Assembly: GCA_045593945.1 (NCBI GenBank)
Contig: JAZNXQ010000256.1
Coordinates: 1 to 41,465 of the forward strand
Source: Lachnospiraceae bacterium
Lineage (GTDB): Bacteria; Bacillota; Clostridia; Lachnospirales; Lachnospiraceae
Direction: 5' to 3'
DNA length: 41,465 nt
Under the pieces are notes generated by a model. The model was given only the letters and a program-made list of their open reading frames with translations, ran no database searches and was not told the origin of the DNA. The position numbers and the translations under genes were made by a program. Below, piece after piece: positions 1 to 11,500 of the stretch (position 1 is its first letter; each line of letters starts with the position of its first letter).

Positions 1-6
1 ATTTGC

Positions 7-45
7 GGCAGAATCGGTGAAAACCGAGTTCTGCCGTGCGTTTTT
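7..45 (+). terminator. Rho-independent terminator of the gene upstream of the window
   Basis: Hairpin ggcagaatcgg / ccga(g)ttctgcc with loop tgaaaa. A T5 run follows 5 nt downstream. Confidence 0.5.
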
Positions 46-77
46 AAGACAAAAAATGGCGAAAATAAAAAAATAAG

Positions 78-107
78 TTGACTTTGCTTATAGTACTATG
101 GTATAGT
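78..107 (+). promoter_or_regulatory. Putative sigma-A promoter for rpmG-secE-nusG
   Basis: TTGACT (78-83), 18-nt spacer, TATAGT (102-107) preceded by TGG (extended -10 like). Confidence 0.4.
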
Positions 108-186
108 ATACGGGCAAGAGATTGGAAGGGTCTTTTTTTTATGCCAAAAAAGAAGACCAAAATATGAAAAAGTGGAGGTGGAAGTT

Positions 187-336
187 GTGCGAACAAAGAT
201 AACATTGGCTTGTACAGAATGTAAGCAGCGTAATTACAACACAACGAAGGATAAGAAAACTCATCCGGACAGAATGGAAACAAAGAAGTACTGCAGATTC
301 TGTAAGACGCACACTATGCACAAAGAAACGAAGTAA
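187..336 (+). CDS. rpmG: 50S ribosomal protein L33
   Basis: GTG start 8 nt after GGAGG (174-178). Translation is [49 protein letters not shown], with two CxxC pairs typical of L33. Sits just upstream of secE-nusG. Absent from the ORF track (49 aa). Confidence 0.9.
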   Translation: MRTKITLACTECKQRNYNTTKDKKTHPDRMETKKYCRFCKTHTMHKETK

Positions 337-363
337 TTACAATTTAGCAAAGGAGAGATATTT

Positions 364-570
364 ATGGCAGACAATACCGTGAATGTTGAGAAGGCTCCGA
401 AGAAGAGCTGGTGGAAAGGCTTAAAAGCCGAGTTTAAAAAGATTATCTGGCCGGATAAGAAGACTTTAACCAGAGAGACGATTGCAGTTGTAATTTTATC
501 CGTTGTTATGTGCGTGATAATTTTCGTAGTTGACGCGGTTATCAAATTCGGACTTGATGCAATTTTATAA
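364..570 (+). CDS. secE: Preprotein translocase subunit SecE
   Basis: 68 aa with a basic N-terminus (KKSWWKGLKAEFKKIIWP) followed by a single TM helix. Canonical position between rpmG and nusG. Confidence 0.9.
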   Translation: MADNTVNVEKAPKKSWWKGLKAEFKKIIWPDKKTLTRETIAVVILSVVMCVIIFVVDAVIKFGLDAIL

Positions 571-590
571 TTAAGGGCAAAGGTGATTAT

Positions 591-1112
591 ATGTCAGAAG
601 CAAAATGGTATGTAGTTCATACTTATTCCGGTTATGAGAACAAGGTAAAAGCAAATATCGAGAAAACCATCGAGAACCGTAAGCTTCAGGATCAGATTCT
701 TGAGGTGTCAGTTCCGATGCAGGATGTAGTCGAATTGAAGAACGGCGTTAAGAAACAAGCGCAGAAGAAACTGTTTCCGGGCTATGTTCTGGTAAACATG
801 TTCATGAATGATGACACTTGGTACGTTGTGCGTAATACCAGAGGTGTTACGGGCTTTGTAGGACCGGGATCCAAACCTGTTCCCTTAACAGATGCAGAGA
901 TGAAGTACTTAGGAATTCAGGGCGGTGCCGGTGAGGTACTCGTGGATTTCGAGGTTGGCGATGCAGTAACGGTTACATCAGGTGCTTGGGAGGATACAGT
1001 CGGAGTTATCAAGAGTATCAACCAGGGTAAACAGAGCGTGATAATTCATGTTGACATGTTCGGTCGTGAAACACCGGTAGAAATAAGTTTCACAGATATC
1101 AAGAAGATGTAA
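591..1112 (+). CDS. nusG: Transcription termination/antitermination factor NusG
   Basis: KWYVVHTYSGYENKV NGN-domain start and a C-terminal KOW (GDAVTVTSGAWEDTVGVI). Confidence 0.95.
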   Translation: MSEAKWYVVHTYSGYENKVKANIEKTIENRKLQDQILEVSVPMQDVVELKNGVKKQAQKKLFPGYVLVNMFMNDDTWYVVRNTRGVTGFVGPGSKPVPLTDAEMKYLGIQGGAGEVLVDFEVGDAVTVTSGAWEDTVGVIKSINQGKQSVIIHVDMFGRETPVEISFTDIKKM

Positions 1113-1201
1113 GCTTCGGATTTTCGGAGCGTGGGAGTCAAGCAAGATGCGGCTTTGTGACGCAAAGACGCTAATACCACATTTATTTAGGAGGTGCCGA
1201 A

Positions 1202-1627
1202 ATGGCTAAGAAAGTATCAGGATATATTAAATTACAGATCCCTGCCGGCAAGGCAACACCGGCTCCGCCGGTTGGTCCTGCATTGGGACAGCACGGTGTA
1301 AACATTGTACAGTTTACAAAAGAATTTAACGCAAGAACAGCAGATCAGGATGGAATGATTATTCCGGTTGTTATTACAGTTTATGCTGACAGAAGCTTCA
1401 GCTTTATAACAAAGACTCCGCCTGCTGCAGTATTATTAAAGAAGGCTTGTAAGATTCAGTCAGGTTCAGGTGTTCCGAACAAGACTAAGGTAGCAAGCAT
1501 TTCCAAAGCAGAACTTCAGAAAATTGCTGAGCTTAAGATGCCTGATTTAAATGCAGCATCTGTAGAGGCTGCTATGAGCATGATCGCAGGTACAGCAAGA
1601 AGTATGGGAATCACTGTAGTAGACTGA
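1202..1627 (+). CDS. rplK: 50S ribosomal protein L11
   Basis: [35 protein letters not shown] is a hallmark L11 N-terminus. Confidence 0.97.
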   Translation: MAKKVSGYIKLQIPAGKATPAPPVGPALGQHGVNIVQFTKEFNARTADQDGMIIPVVITVYADRSFSFITKTPPAAVLLKKACKIQSGSGVPNKTKVASISKAELQKIAELKMPDLNAASVEAAMSMIAGTARSMGITVVD

Positions 1628-1699
1628 TAACGGTTTTTAGAACCATTTATTACGTGGGAGACCATTAAGGTCGAATATAATACCACTAGGAGGTTAATC

Positions 1700-2395
1700 A
1701 TGAAAAGAGGAAAAAGATATTTAGAGTTAGCAAAGAAATTTGATCGTGCTAATCTTTATGATGTAGCTGAAGCAATCTCTATCGTAAAGCAGAATGCATC
1801 AGCAAAATTTGATGAAACAATTGAAGCTCATATCAGAACAGGTTGTGACGGACGTCACGCTGACCAGCAGATCCGTGGTGCTGTTGTATTGCCTCATGGA
1901 ACAGGTAAGCAGGTTAGAGTATTGGTTTTCGCTAAGGGTGCTAAGGCTGACGAAGCATTGGCAGCTGGTGCAGAATTCGTAGGTGGCGAGGAGTTAATTC
2001 CGAAGATTCAGAACGAGAACTGGTTTGAGTTTGATGTTGTAGTTGCTACACCGGATATGATGGGTGTTGTAGGTCGTTTAGGACGTGTACTCGGACCGAA
2101 GGGATTAATGCCGAACCCTAAGGCTGGTACAGTTACAATGGACGTTACAAAGGCCGTTAACGATATCAAAGCCGGTAAAATCGAGTACAGACTTGACAAA
2201 ACCAATATTATTCACGTTCCGCTTGGCAAGGCTTCTTTCTCAGAGGAGCAGATTGCGGACAACTTCCAGACTCTTATCGATGCAATCAATAAGGCAAAAC
2301 CCGCTGCTGTTAAGGGTGCTTACTTAAAGAGCGTTATCCTTACATCAACAATGGGCCCCGGAGTTCGTTTGAACGTTACAAAACTTACAAACTAA
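1700..2395 (+). CDS. rplA: 50S ribosomal protein L1
   Basis: 231 aa with the L1 motifs [12 protein letters not shown] and [29 protein letters not shown]. Confidence 0.97.
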   Translation: MKRGKRYLELAKKFDRANLYDVAEAISIVKQNASAKFDETIEAHIRTGCDGRHADQQIRGAVVLPHGTGKQVRVLVFAKGAKADEALAAGAEFVGGEELIPKIQNENWFEFDVVVATPDMMGVVGRLGRVLGPKGLMPNPKAGTVTMDVTKAVNDIKAGKIEYRLDKTNIIHVPLGKASFSEEQIADNFQTLIDAINKAKPAAVKGAYLKSVILTSTMGPGVRLNVTKLTN

Positions 2396-2409
2396 TTTCA
2401 GGAAATTGG

Positions 2410-2438
2410 TTGACATTATATATAATTAATGCTATAAT
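2410..2438 (+). promoter_or_regulatory. Sigma-A promoter of the rplJ-rplL unit
   Basis: TTGACA (2410-2415), 17-nt spacer, TATAAT (2433-2438). Exact consensus. Confidence 0.7.
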
Positions 2439-2444
2439 GCAGAA

Positions 2445-2575
2445 TTGTGAATTGCCCAAGACAGTAGGTGCTTGATAAAAGCGTAAAGGTAACACGCCTA
2501 CCGAGGTAATGTAAGATCTTTTTAGAGCTTATAAGCCTATGCTGTTTTGGACAGGATAGGCTTTTCTGTTTATAT
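2445..2575 (+). promoter_or_regulatory. Ribosomal protein L10 leader (autoregulatory 5' UTR with attenuator hairpin)
   Basis: About 180-nt UTR between the consensus promoter and rplJ. It has a stem gtaggtg/cgcctac enclosing aaagcgtaa, which resembles the 23S rRNA GTPase-centre segment. A terminator-like hairpin agcctatgctgt/acaggataggct follows (2533-2563), then tttctgttt. The layout matches the Firmicutes L10 leader class. Confidence 0.6.
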
Positions 2576-2624
2576 AGCAAAGCCTTGTGTCTAACACATT
2601 AAATTTTAAGGAGGTGTATCGAAC

Positions 2625-3116
2625 ATGGCAAAGGTTGAAATTAAGAAACCGATCGTAGATGAGATCAAAGAGTTATTGAAAGACGCTCAGGCAGCAGTAA
2701 TCGTTGATTACCGTGGTTTGACTGTAGAAGAAGATACTAAACTTCGTAACAACTTAAGAAAAGAAGGCGTTACTTACAAGGTATACAAGAACACAATGAT
2801 CCGTTTCGCAATCGAGGGAACAGAGTTCGAAGCTTTAGGAAAACATCTTGAAGGACCTACAGCTTTGGCAGTTTCTAAAGAAGATGCTACTGCTCCGGCA
2901 AGAATCCTTTTTAACTTCTCTAAGGAAGCTAAGGCTCTTGAACTTAAGGCAGGAGTTGTTGACGGAACATACTATGACGAGAAGGGTATTCAGGCTATCG
3001 CAAACGTTCCTTCAAAGGAAGTATTGCTTTCCAAGTTGCTTGGAAGCTTGCAGTCACCTATCGCGAACTTTGCACGCGTTATCAAGCAGGTTGCAGAGAA
3101 GCAGGAGAACGCATAA
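2625..3116 (+). CDS. rplJ: 50S ribosomal protein L10
   Basis: 163 aa. Shows the L10-typical AAVIVDYRGLTVEE and sits upstream of rplL. Confidence 0.95.
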   Translation: MAKVEIKKPIVDEIKELLKDAQAAVIVDYRGLTVEEDTKLRNNLRKEGVTYKVYKNTMIRFAIEGTEFEALGKHLEGPTALAVSKEDATAPARILFNFSKEAKALELKAGVVDGTYYDEKGIQAIANVPSKEVLLSKLLGSLQSPIANFARVIKQVAEKQENA

Positions 3117-3222
3117 GTTTTCATACCGCGGCAGCTTGACAGCCGCATTTACGGGAATGTAGTTCCCACATTATAAAATAACAAACAATAAAAATTAAAA
3201 CATATTTATGGAGGTAAATAAA

Positions 3223-3600
3223 ATGGCTAAATTAACAACAGCAGAATTTATCGAAGCTATCAAAGAGCTTACAGTATTAGAGTTAAATGACTTAGTAAAA
3301 GCATGTGAAGAGGAGTTTGGTGTATCAGCAGCAGCAGGTGTTGTAGTTGCAGCAGCAGGTGCTGGCGCAGCAGCAGAGGCTGAAGAGAAGACAGAGTTCG
3401 ACGTAGAGCTTACAGAAGTAGGTCCTAACAAGGTTAAGGTTATCAAGGTAGTTCGTGAAGCTACAGGTTTAGGCCTCAAGGAAGCTAAGGACGTAGTTGA
3501 TGGTGCTCCTTCAATGCTTAAGCAGGGCATCAGCAAGGAAGAGGCTGAGGCTCTTAAGGCTAGCTTAGAAGCAGAAGGCGCTAAGATTACATTAAAATAG
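3223..3600 (+). CDS. rplL: 50S ribosomal protein L7/L12
   Basis: [34 protein letters not shown], an Ala-rich hinge, and a C-terminal [19 protein letters not shown]. The ATG at 3223 lies 8 nt after GGAGG. The track start at 3208 overlaps that RBS. Confidence 0.95.
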   Translation: MAKLTTAEFIEAIKELTVLELNDLVKACEEEFGVSAAAGVVVAAAGAGAAAEAEEKTEFDVELTEVGPNKVKVIKVVREATGLGLKEAKDVVDGAPSMLKQGISKEEAEALKASLEAEGAKITLK

Positions 3601-3630
3601 TATATTATAGCGACTGATAATTTAACAAAT

Positions 3631-3669
3631 GGAGCTCCGTCAAGTTTACTTGTAACGGAGCTTTTATTT
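3631..3669 (+). terminator. Terminator after rplL (probably leaky)
   Basis: Stem ggagctccgt / acggagcttt with a 14-nt loop and a cttttattt tail. The RBS of the next gene follows directly. Confidence 0.65.
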
Positions 3670-3685
3670 GTAAGGAGGCTCTGTA

Positions 3686-4483
3686 ATGAACAACATCAGG
3701 GATTTTTTATACGACAACGAAAACAAAAACCTCAAGGCAAACTATCATACCCATACCAAACGTTGTATGCATGCCGGCGGTACAGACAGAGAGTATGTTG
3801 AAGCTGCAATTGAAGCCGGTTTTAAGATTCTCGGTTTTTCGGACCATACACCGCAAGCATATACTGATTTTGTATCGCGTATGAGAATGACAATGTCGCA
3901 ACTTGAGGAATACGTTGATTCGATTCTTGCACTTAAGAAAGAATATCAAAGTGACATTAAGATACTTCTCGGACTTGAGACGGAGTACTTTCCGGAACTT
4001 TTTGATGAATTGCTTCGTGAAACAGATAATTATCCTTTTGATTATATGATAATGGGGCAACATTGGCTTTATGGAGAAAGGCCCGAGACTGTTTCTACAA
4101 AGCCGAGAACAGACGAAGAATTCCTTAAGAATTATGTTGAACAGGTACTTGAGGGAATGAGGACAGGGTGTTTTTCATATCTTGCACATCCTGATGTTGT
4201 TAATTTTGTGGGAGATGTTGCTGTTTATAAAAAGCACATGACACATCTTGCGCAGGAAATGAAGAAAATGCGCATTCCGCTTGAAATAAATGCACTTGGT
4301 TTTATCGATAACAGGTTTTATCCGAATAAGGCATTTCTTGAGGTTGTATCAGAGGTGGGGAATGATTGTGTAATCGGAGTTGATGCACATGCTCCGAAGA
4401 TGTTGCTTGATGAAAACAGGAGACAAGGTTGTCTGGACCTCGCTAAAAAGCATAATATAAATGTACTTAACCGTATTGTGTAA
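3686..4483 (+). CDS. PHP-domain phosphoesterase, HisJ-family histidinol-phosphatase-like
   Basis: NYHTHTKRCMHAGG start, FSDH, LAHPD and GVDAH motifs are characteristic of PHP/HisJ metal-binding sites. Confidence 0.75.
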   Translation: MNNIRDFLYDNENKNLKANYHTHTKRCMHAGGTDREYVEAAIEAGFKILGFSDHTPQAYTDFVSRMRMTMSQLEEYVDSILALKKEYQSDIKILLGLETEYFPELFDELLRETDNYPFDYMIMGQHWLYGERPETVSTKPRTDEEFLKNYVEQVLEGMRTGCFSYLAHPDVVNFVGDVAVYKKHMTHLAQEMKKMRIPLEINALGFIDNRFYPNKAFLEVVSEVGNDCVIGVDAHAPKMLLDENRRQGCLDLAKKHNINVLNRIV

Positions 4484-4502
4484 AAACACAACACGGTTTT
4501 TT
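4471..4502 (+). terminator. Rho-independent terminator overlapping the PHP gene stop
   Basis: ccgtattgtg / cacaacacgg stem (9 of 10 bp) followed by T6. Confidence 0.6.
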
Positions 4503-4548
4503 GCATTTTATTCAAAATATAAAATGTGAAATATATCCAAAATTTTGG

Positions 4549-4577
4549 TTGACATGCTTTTTTATTTGTGGTATCAT
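4549..4577 (+). promoter_or_regulatory. Sigma-A promoter for rpoB-rpoC
   Basis: TTGACA (4549-4554), 17-nt spacer, TATCAT (4572-4577). TG lies 3-4 nt upstream of the -10. Confidence 0.6.
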
Positions 4578-4669
4578 GAAAAATGCACTATTGTGGTGTA
4601 ATAGGTCTATCTATGCGCAAAAATGGGCATAAAGATAGGTTTTTATAAAAAAATCAAGGGGTGACGCCA

Positions 4670-7600
4670 ATGGAGAAAAACAGAATACGTCCGGTGAAAA
4701 CAGGCAAGAGTATGCGTATGAGCTATGCGAGACAGGAAGATGTTCTCGATATGCCGAATCTTATTGAGATTCAGAAGGACTCTTACCAGTGGTTTTTGGA
4801 CGAAGGCCTCAAAGAAGTATTTGAAGATATCTCACCTATCGCTGATTACAGTGATCATTTGAGATTGGAATTTGTGGATTTTGTTTTATGCGAAGACGAC
4901 GTAAAGTATACGATCGAAGAGTGTAAGGAAAGAGATGCGACTTATGCAGCTCCGCTTAAGGTGAAGGTAAGACTTTACAACAAGGATAAAGACGAAATCA
5001 ACGAGCATGAAATATTTATGGGTGATTTGCCGCTTATGACAGCTACAGGCACATTTGTTATTAATGGTGCAGAGCGAGTTATCGTAAGCCAGTTGGTTCG
5101 TTCCCCCGGTATCTATTATGGTATCGCACATGATAAGATTGGTAAGACATTGTATTCATGCACGGTTATTCCTAACAGAGGTGCGTGGCTTGAGTATGAG
5201 ACAGACTCTAACGATGTTTTCTATGTAAGAGTTGACCGTACAAGAAAGGTTCCGATTACAGTGCTTATCCGTGCACTCGGTTACGGAACCAAGAATGAGA
5301 TTTTAGAGATTTTCGGTGAGGAGCCTAAGCTTCTTGCAAGCTTTAACAAGGAGCCTTCAGATGTAAATGACAGCTATGAAGGTGGTCTTTTAGAGCTTTA
5401 CCGTAAAATACGTCCCGGTGAGCCGTTGTCTGTTGATAGTGCAGAGAGCTTACTTACAGCGATGTTCTTCGATCCCAGAAGATACGACCTCGCTAAGGTT
5501 GGACGTTATAAATTCAACAAAAAGCTTCATCTTAAGAACAGAATTAAGGGTCATAAGCTTGCTGAGGATGTTATTGATGAGACAACAGGCGAAGTTATTG
5601 CTGAAGCAGGAGTTGAGGTATCCAGAGAATTGGCAACGAAGATTCAGAATGCTGCCGTTAAGTTCGTATGGATTGAAACAGAGGAGAGAAAGGTAAAAGT
5701 TCTTTCCAATATGATGGTTGATTTAAGAGAGTATGTTGACTGCAACCCGAGAGAGCTCGGCATTACAGAAGATGTATTCTATCCCGTGCTTGCAGGTATT
5801 CTTGAAGAGTGTGGCGATGATAAGGAAGCGCTTCTTGAAGCTATTAAGCGTGATGCGGCTGACCTTGTTCCGAAGCATATTACAAAGGAAGATATTTTGG
5901 CTTCCATTTCATATAACATGAACCTTGAGTATGGTATCGGCAGTTCAGATGATATCGACCACTTGGGTAACAGAAGAATCCGTGCGGTTGGTGAGCTTTT
6001 ACAGAACCAGTACAGAATCGGTCTTTCACGTATGGAGAGAGTTGTTCGTGAGAGAATGACAACACAGGATTTGGACGGTGTATCACCGCAGTCACTTATT
6101 AATATTAAGCCTGTTACTGCAGCTGTTAAGGAGTTCTTTGGAAGTTCACAGCTTTCACAGTTCATGGACCAGAATAACCCTCTTGGTGAGCTTACTCATA
6201 AGAGACGTCTTTCTGCATTGGGACCGGGCGGTCTTTCAAGAGATCGTGCAGGTTTCGAGGTTCGAGACGTTCACTATACTCACTACGGAAGAATGTGTCC
6301 CATTGAGACACCCGAAGGTCCTAATATCGGTTTGATTAACTCTCTTGCATGCTTCGCAAGAATTAATGAATACGGATTTATCGAGGCACCTTATCGTAAG
6401 GTTGACAAGAGCGATCCTAAGAACCCTGTTGTTACAGATGAAGTAGTATATCTTACAGCTGATGAAGAGGATAACTACATTGTAGCACAGGCTAACGAAC
6501 CGCTTGATGAGCAGGGACATTTTGTTCGTGCTTCAGTATCAGGTCGTTATAAGGAAGAAACATCACAGTTTGATAAGGCTAAGATTGATTTGATGGACGT
6601 TTCACCTAAGATGGTATTCTCAGTTGCTACATCCATGATTCCTTTCCTTGAGAACGATGATGCTAACCGTGCACTCATGGGATCTAACATGCAGCGTCAG
6701 GCTGTTCCGCTTATGACAACAGAGGCTCCCGTTATCGGTACAGGTATCGAAGCAAAGGCTGCTGTTGACTCAGGTATTTGTGTTGTTGCTAAGAAGGCAG
6801 CTACAGTTGAGCGTTCAACATCCAAGGAAATCGTACTTCGTTATGACGAGGACGGTTCTAAGGAGACATATAAATTAATCAAGTTTTCACGTAGTAACCA
6901 GTCTAACTGCTACAACCAGAAGCCTATCGTATTTAAGGGCGAGCATGTTGAAGCCGGACAGGTAATCGCTGACGGTGCTTCAACAGCGAAGGGTGAGATC
7001 GCACTCGGTAAGAACCCTCTTATCGGTTTCATGACATGGGAAGGTTATAACTACGAGGATGCTGTTCTTTTGAGTGAAAGACTTGTACAGGATGATGTTT
7101 ACACATCAATCCATATTGAAGAGTACGAAGCAGAAGCACGTGATACTAAGCTCGGACCGGAAGAGATTACAAGAGATGTTCCGGGTGTTGGTGAAGATGC
7201 GCTTAAGGATCTCGATGAGAGAGGTATTATCCGTATCGGTGCAGAAGTTCGTGCGGGAGATATTCTTGTTGGTAAGGTAACTCCTAAGGGAGAGACAGAG
7301 CTTACAGCTGAAGAGAGACTCCTTAGAGCTATCTTTGGTGAGAAAGCAAGAGAAGTAAGAGATACGTCACTTAAGGTACCTCACGGTGAATACGGTATCG
7401 TTGTAGATGCTAAGGTATTTACAAGAGAGAATGGCGATGAGATGTCACCGGGAGTTAACCAGACAGTTCGTATATATATTGCACAGAAGAGAAAGATTTC
7501 CGTTGGTGATAAGATGGCCGGCCGTCACGGTAACAAGGGTGTTGTTTCCCGTATTTTACCTGTAGAAGATATGCCGTTCCTTCCTAACGGAAGACCGCTC

Positions 7601-8524
7601 GATATCGTTCTTAATCCTTTGGGCGTTCCTTCTCGTATGAATATCGGACAGGTACTTGAGATTCACTTGAGTCTTGCTGCCAAGGCACTCGGATTCAATA
7701 TTGCAACACCTGTATTCGATGGTGCAAATGAGTATGATATCATGGATACACTCGATTTGGCTAATGATTATGTTAATCTTGAGTGGGATGAGTTCAAGGC
7801 AAAATATCAGGAGTCATTGTTACCTGAAGTTATGGAATATTTGGAAGAGAACCTTGACCACAGAGAGTTGTGGAAGGGTGTTCCGATTTCAAGAGACGGT
7901 AAGGTAAGACTTCGTGACGGTCGTACAGGTGAGTATTTTGACAGCCCTGTTACAATCGGACACATGCATTATCTTAAGCTTCATCACCTTGTTGATGATA
8001 AGATTCATGCACGTTCTACAGGTCCTTACTCACTCGTAACACAACAGCCTCTCGGCGGTAAAGCGCAGTTCGGTGGACAGCGTTTCGGTGAGATGGAGGT
8101 TTGGGCACTTGAGGCATATGGTGCTTCTTACACCTTGCAGGAGATTCTCACAGTTAAGTCTGATGATGTTGTCGGACGTGTTAAGACATATGAGGCAATT
8201 ATCAAAGGCGACAATATACCTGAGTCAGGTATTCCGGAATCATTTAAGGTATTACTCAAGGAGTTACAGTCACTTGCACTTGATGTAAGAGTTCTTCGTG
8301 AGGATGAGACAGAAGTTGAAATCATGGAAAGTGTTGATTACACAAGCGGTGATATTCACAAGATGATTCAGGGTGAGAATTACAGTGAGGAAAGAGAATC
8401 ATTTGGTGCATACGGCTACCAGGAGCAGGTTTTTGAAGATGAAGAACTTGTTTCTGTGGAAGAAGAAGTGTACGAAGATGACAGCTACTACGGATTTGAC
8501 GATGGTATGTCAGATGATGAATAA
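4670..8524 (+). CDS. rpoB: DNA-directed RNA polymerase subunit beta
   Basis: About 1284 aa with all beta hallmarks ([56 protein letters not shown]). The ATG at 4670 follows AAGGGGTGA. The track GTG at 4661 lies inside that RBS. Confidence 0.97.
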   Translation: MEKNRIRPVKTGKSMRMSYARQEDVLDMPNLIEIQKDSYQWFLDEGLKEVFEDISPIADYSDHLRLEFVDFVLCEDDVKYTIEECKERDATYAAPLKVKVRLYNKDKDEINEHEIFMGDLPLMTATGTFVINGAERVIVSQLVRSPGIYYGIAHDKIGKTLYSCTVIPNRGAWLEYETDSNDVFYVRVDRTRKVPITVLIRALGYGTKNEILEIFGEEPKLLASFNKEPSDVNDSYEGGLLELYRKIRPGEPLSVDSAESLLTAMFFDPRRYDLAKVGRYKFNKKLHLKNRIKGHKLAEDVIDETTGEVIAEAGVEVSRELATKIQNAAVKFVWIETEERKVKVLSNMMVDLREYVDCNPRELGITEDVFYPVLAGILEECGDDKEALLEAIKRDAADLVPKHITKEDILASISYNMNLEYGIGSSDDIDHLGNRRIRAVGELLQNQYRIGLSRMERVVRERMTTQDLDGVSPQSLINIKPVTAAVKEFFGSSQLSQFMDQNNPLGELTHKRRLSALGPGGLSRDRAGFEVRDVHYTHYGRMCPIETPEGPNIGLINSLACFARINEYGFIEAPYRKVDKSDPKNPVVTDEVVYLTADEEDNYIVAQANEPLDEQGHFVRASVSGRYKEETSQFDKAKIDLMDVSPKMVFSVATSMIPFLENDDANRALMGSNMQRQAVPLMTTEAPVIGTGIEAKAAVDSGICVVAKKAATVERSTSKEIVLRYDEDGSKETYKLIKFSRSNQSNCYNQKPIVFKGEHVEAGQVIADGASTAKGEIALGKNPLIGFMTWEGYNYEDAVLLSERLVQDDVYTSIHIEEYEAEARDTKLGPEEITRDVPGVGEDALKDLDERGIIRIGAEVRAGDILVGKVTPKGETELTAEERLLRAIFGEKAREVRDTSLKVPHGEYGIVVDAKVFTRENGDEMSPGVNQTVRIYIAQKRKISVGDKMAGRHGNKGVVSRILPVEDMPFLPNGRPLDIVLNPLGVPSRMNIGQVLEIHLSLAAKALGFNIATPVFDGANEYDIMDTLDLANDYVNLEWDEFKAKYQESLLPEVMEYLEENLDHRELWKGVPISRDGKVRLRDGRTGEYFDSPVTIGHMHYLKLHHLVDDKIHARSTGPYSLVTQQPLGGKAQFGGQRFGEMEVWALEAYGASYTLQEILTVKSDDVVGRVKTYEAIIKGDNIPESGIPESFKVLLKELQSLALDVRVLREDETEVEIMESVDYTSGDIHKMIQGENYSEERESFGAYGYQEQVFEDEELVSVEEEVYEDDSYYGFDDGMSDDE

Positions 8525-8558
8525 AAATAATCGTTTAGTATAGAAGGGAGTGTCATTC

Positions 8559-11500
8559 ATGCCGGATACAATAACAAACGAGGCATACGAGCCGATGACA
8601 TTTGATAAAATTAAAATCGGACTTGCTTCACCGGAAAAAATCCTCCAGTGGTCCAGAGGAGAGGTTTTAAAGCCTGAAACAATTAACTACAGAACACTTA
8701 AACCTGAGAAGGACGGTTTGTTCTGTGAAAAAATATTCGGACCCAGCAAGGATTGGGAATGTCATTGTGGTAAATATAAAAAGATTCGCTATAAAGGTGT
8801 TATTTGTGATCGTTGTGGCGTAGAAGTAACAAAGGCAAATGTAAGACGTGAACGTATGGGTCACATTAAACTTGCCGCTCCTGTATCTCATATTTGGTAT
8901 TTTAAGGGCATTCCGAGCCGTATGGGACTTATCCTTGATTTGTCTCCCAGAGTGCTTGAGAAGGTACTTTACTTTGCTTCTTATATAGTACTTGATTCAG
9001 GTAATACAGACTTGGAATACAAGAAGGTTTTATCTGATAAGGAATACAGAGATGCTGTTGAAAAGTGGGGAGCTAATGCTTTCCGCGTAGGTATGGGTGC
9101 AGAGGCTATTAAAGAGCTTTTACAGGCAATAGATCTTGAGAAGGACGCAGAAGAACTTAAGAAGGGTCTTAGAGAGTCTTCAGGACAGAAGCGCGCAAGA
9201 ATTATCAAGAGACTTGAGGTTGTTGAAGCATTCCGTACTTCAGGTAACAGACCTGAATGGATGATTCTTGATGTTGTTCCGGTTATTCCGCCGGATATCC
9301 GCCCTATGGTTCAGCTTGATGGTGGACGTTTTGCAACATCAGACCTTAACGATTTGTACAGAAGAATTATCAATCGTAACAATCGTCTTGCAAGACTTCT
9401 TGATCTTGGTGCACCTGAGATTATTGTTCGTAATGAGAAGAGAATGCTTCAGGAAGCAGTAGATGCTCTTGTAGATAATGGCAGAAGAGGCCGTCCTGTT
9501 ACAGGACCCGGTAACCGTGCACTTAAGTCACTTTCAGACATGCTTAAAGGTAAGCAGGGACGTTTCCGTCAGAACCTTCTCGGTAAGCGTGTTGACTACT
9601 CAGGACGTTCAGTTATCGTAGTAGGACCGGAACTTAAGATTTATCAGTGTGGTCTCCCTAAGGAGATGGCTATTGAGCTTTTCAAACCTTTTGTTATGAA
9701 AGAGCTTGTTGCTAACGGAACAGCTCATAATATAAAGAGTGCAAAGAAGATGGTTGAGCGTCTTCAGAGCGAAGTATGGGACGTATTAGAGGAGGTTATC
9801 AAAGAACATCCTGTAATGCTTAATCGTGCTCCTACACTTCACAGACTTGGTATCCAGGCTTTTGAGCCGATACTTGTAGAAGGTAAGGCAATCAAGCTTC
9901 ATCCGCTTGTTTGTACAGCCTTTAACGCCGATTTCGATGGTGACCAGATGGCTGTACATTTACCGCTTTCAGTTGAAGCACAGGCAGAGTGTAGATTCCT
10001 CTTGCTTTCACCTAACAACTTGCTTAAACCTTCAGATGGTGCGCCTGTTGCCGTTCCTTCACAGGATATGGTTCTTGGTATTTACTATCTTACAATGGAG
10101 CGTATGGTTGACCATTATGCTGACGAAGAGCTTCGTGCAAAGCTTTGGGATACAGAGAGTTACGAATCTGAAGATGCAGTAATGGAAGCAGTAGCTGCAG
10201 GTAAGATTGCTAAAGATACGATCGTAAAGGTTAAAGCAAACAATTACAAGGAATTGGGAAGAGAAGTTCTTTGTTCAGCTGACGAATTGTTCGGAAAGTA
10301 CTTCCACAATCCTAATACTGCAATGCTTGCATATGAGAATGGAGAGATTACTCTTCACCAGAGAATTACGGTTCGCCGTACAGGCGTTAATGCTAATGGT
10401 GAGGCTATTTCAAGCATTATCCGTACAACTCTCGGTATGTTAATTTTCAACGAAATCATTCCTCAGGATCTTGGTTTTGTAGATCGTTCGGACGAGAAGA
10501 ATGCTTTGGCACTCGAAGTTGATTTCCATGTTGGAAAGAAGCAGCTTAAGAAGATTCTTGAGAAGGTTATTAATACACATGGCGCAACAAAGACAGCAGA
10601 AGTACTTGATGATATCAAGGCTATGGGTTACCGTTATTCAACACGTGCAGCCATGACTGTATCAATTTCCGATATGACGGTTCCTCCGAAGAAGAAAGAG
10701 ATTATTGCTGAAGCAGAGAAAACTGTAGAGAAGATTACTAAGAACTTCCGCAGAGGTCTTATTACAGAAGAGGGACGTTACAAAGAAGTTATCGAGACAT
10801 GGAAGAATGCCGATGATGAAATTACAGACGCACTTCTTTCGGGACTTGACAAATATAATAACATTTACATGATGGCTGACTCAGGTGCCCGTGGTTCTGA
10901 CAAGCAGATTAAGCAGCTTGCAGGTATGCGTGGTTTGATGGCTGATACAACAGGTCGTACAATCGAGTTGCCCATCAAGTCAAACTTCCGTGAAGGTCTT
11001 GACGTTTTGGAATACTTTATTTCAGCACATGGTGCTCGTAAGGGTCTTTCTGATACAGCTCTTCGTACAGCCGATTCAGGTTACCTTACAAGACGTCTTG
11101 TAGACGTTTCGCAGGAGCTTATTATCCGTGAGGTTGACTGTTGCGAGAGCAGAGGAGAGATTCCGGGTATGGTAGTTTCAGCGTTTATGGACGGTGCAGA
11201 GACTATCGAGAGCCTTGAGGACAGAATCCGTGGCAGATATGCATGCGAGACAATAACAGATCCTAAGACAGGTGATGTTATCGTTAAGGCAAATCATATG
11301 ATTACACCTAAGCGTGCTGCTGCGATTATCAAGACAGGTACAGAGAGTGTTAAGATTCGTACAATTCTTACATGTAAGTCACATGTGGGTGTTTGTGCTA
11401 AGTGTTACGGTGCTAACATGGCTACAGGTCAGCCTGTGCAGGTTGGTGAGGCAGTAGGTATTATCGCTGCTCAGTCTATCGGTGAGCCCGGTACACAGCT

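Noticed and set aside
1-186. Possible tRNA or small RNA at the window start
   Set aside because: The sequence forms a single hairpin plus T-run, consistent with a terminator. No cloverleaf or conserved tRNA boxes are present.
1113-1699. L1-binding autoregulatory mRNA sites upstream of rplK (1113-1201) and rplA (1628-1699)
   Set aside because: GGGAG-containing segments are present, but I cannot establish the required structure or conservation by eye. They are not reported as features.
3195-3536. 113-aa minus-strand ORF, Ala/Ser/Thr-rich
   Set aside because: Lies fully antisense to rplL. Its low-complexity composition mirrors the Ala-rich L7/L12 hinge codons. No RBS.
4661-4669. GTG/TTG upstream starts proposed by the track: rpoB 4661, rpoC 8550, rplL 3208, ftsX 26489, purH 18629, M23 33600, the 165-aa gene 36076 and the PqqD-kinase 37325
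   Set aside because: In most of these cases an in-frame ATG a few codons downstream has correct Shine-Dalgarno spacing, and the longer start overlaps or abuts the RBS. For purH 18629 the longer ORF simply has no RBS. For 33600 the start lies at or upstream of the predicted start site. 37325 remains possible.
5779-6165. Antisense and alternative-frame ORFs inside rpoB and rpoC. Examples are 4886-5131, 5779-6165, 6236-6520, 8981-9208 and 11379-11795.
   Set aside because: All are embedded in the unambiguous rpoB/rpoC reading frames. None has recognisable motifs or an RBS. Such ORFs are expected by chance in long genes.
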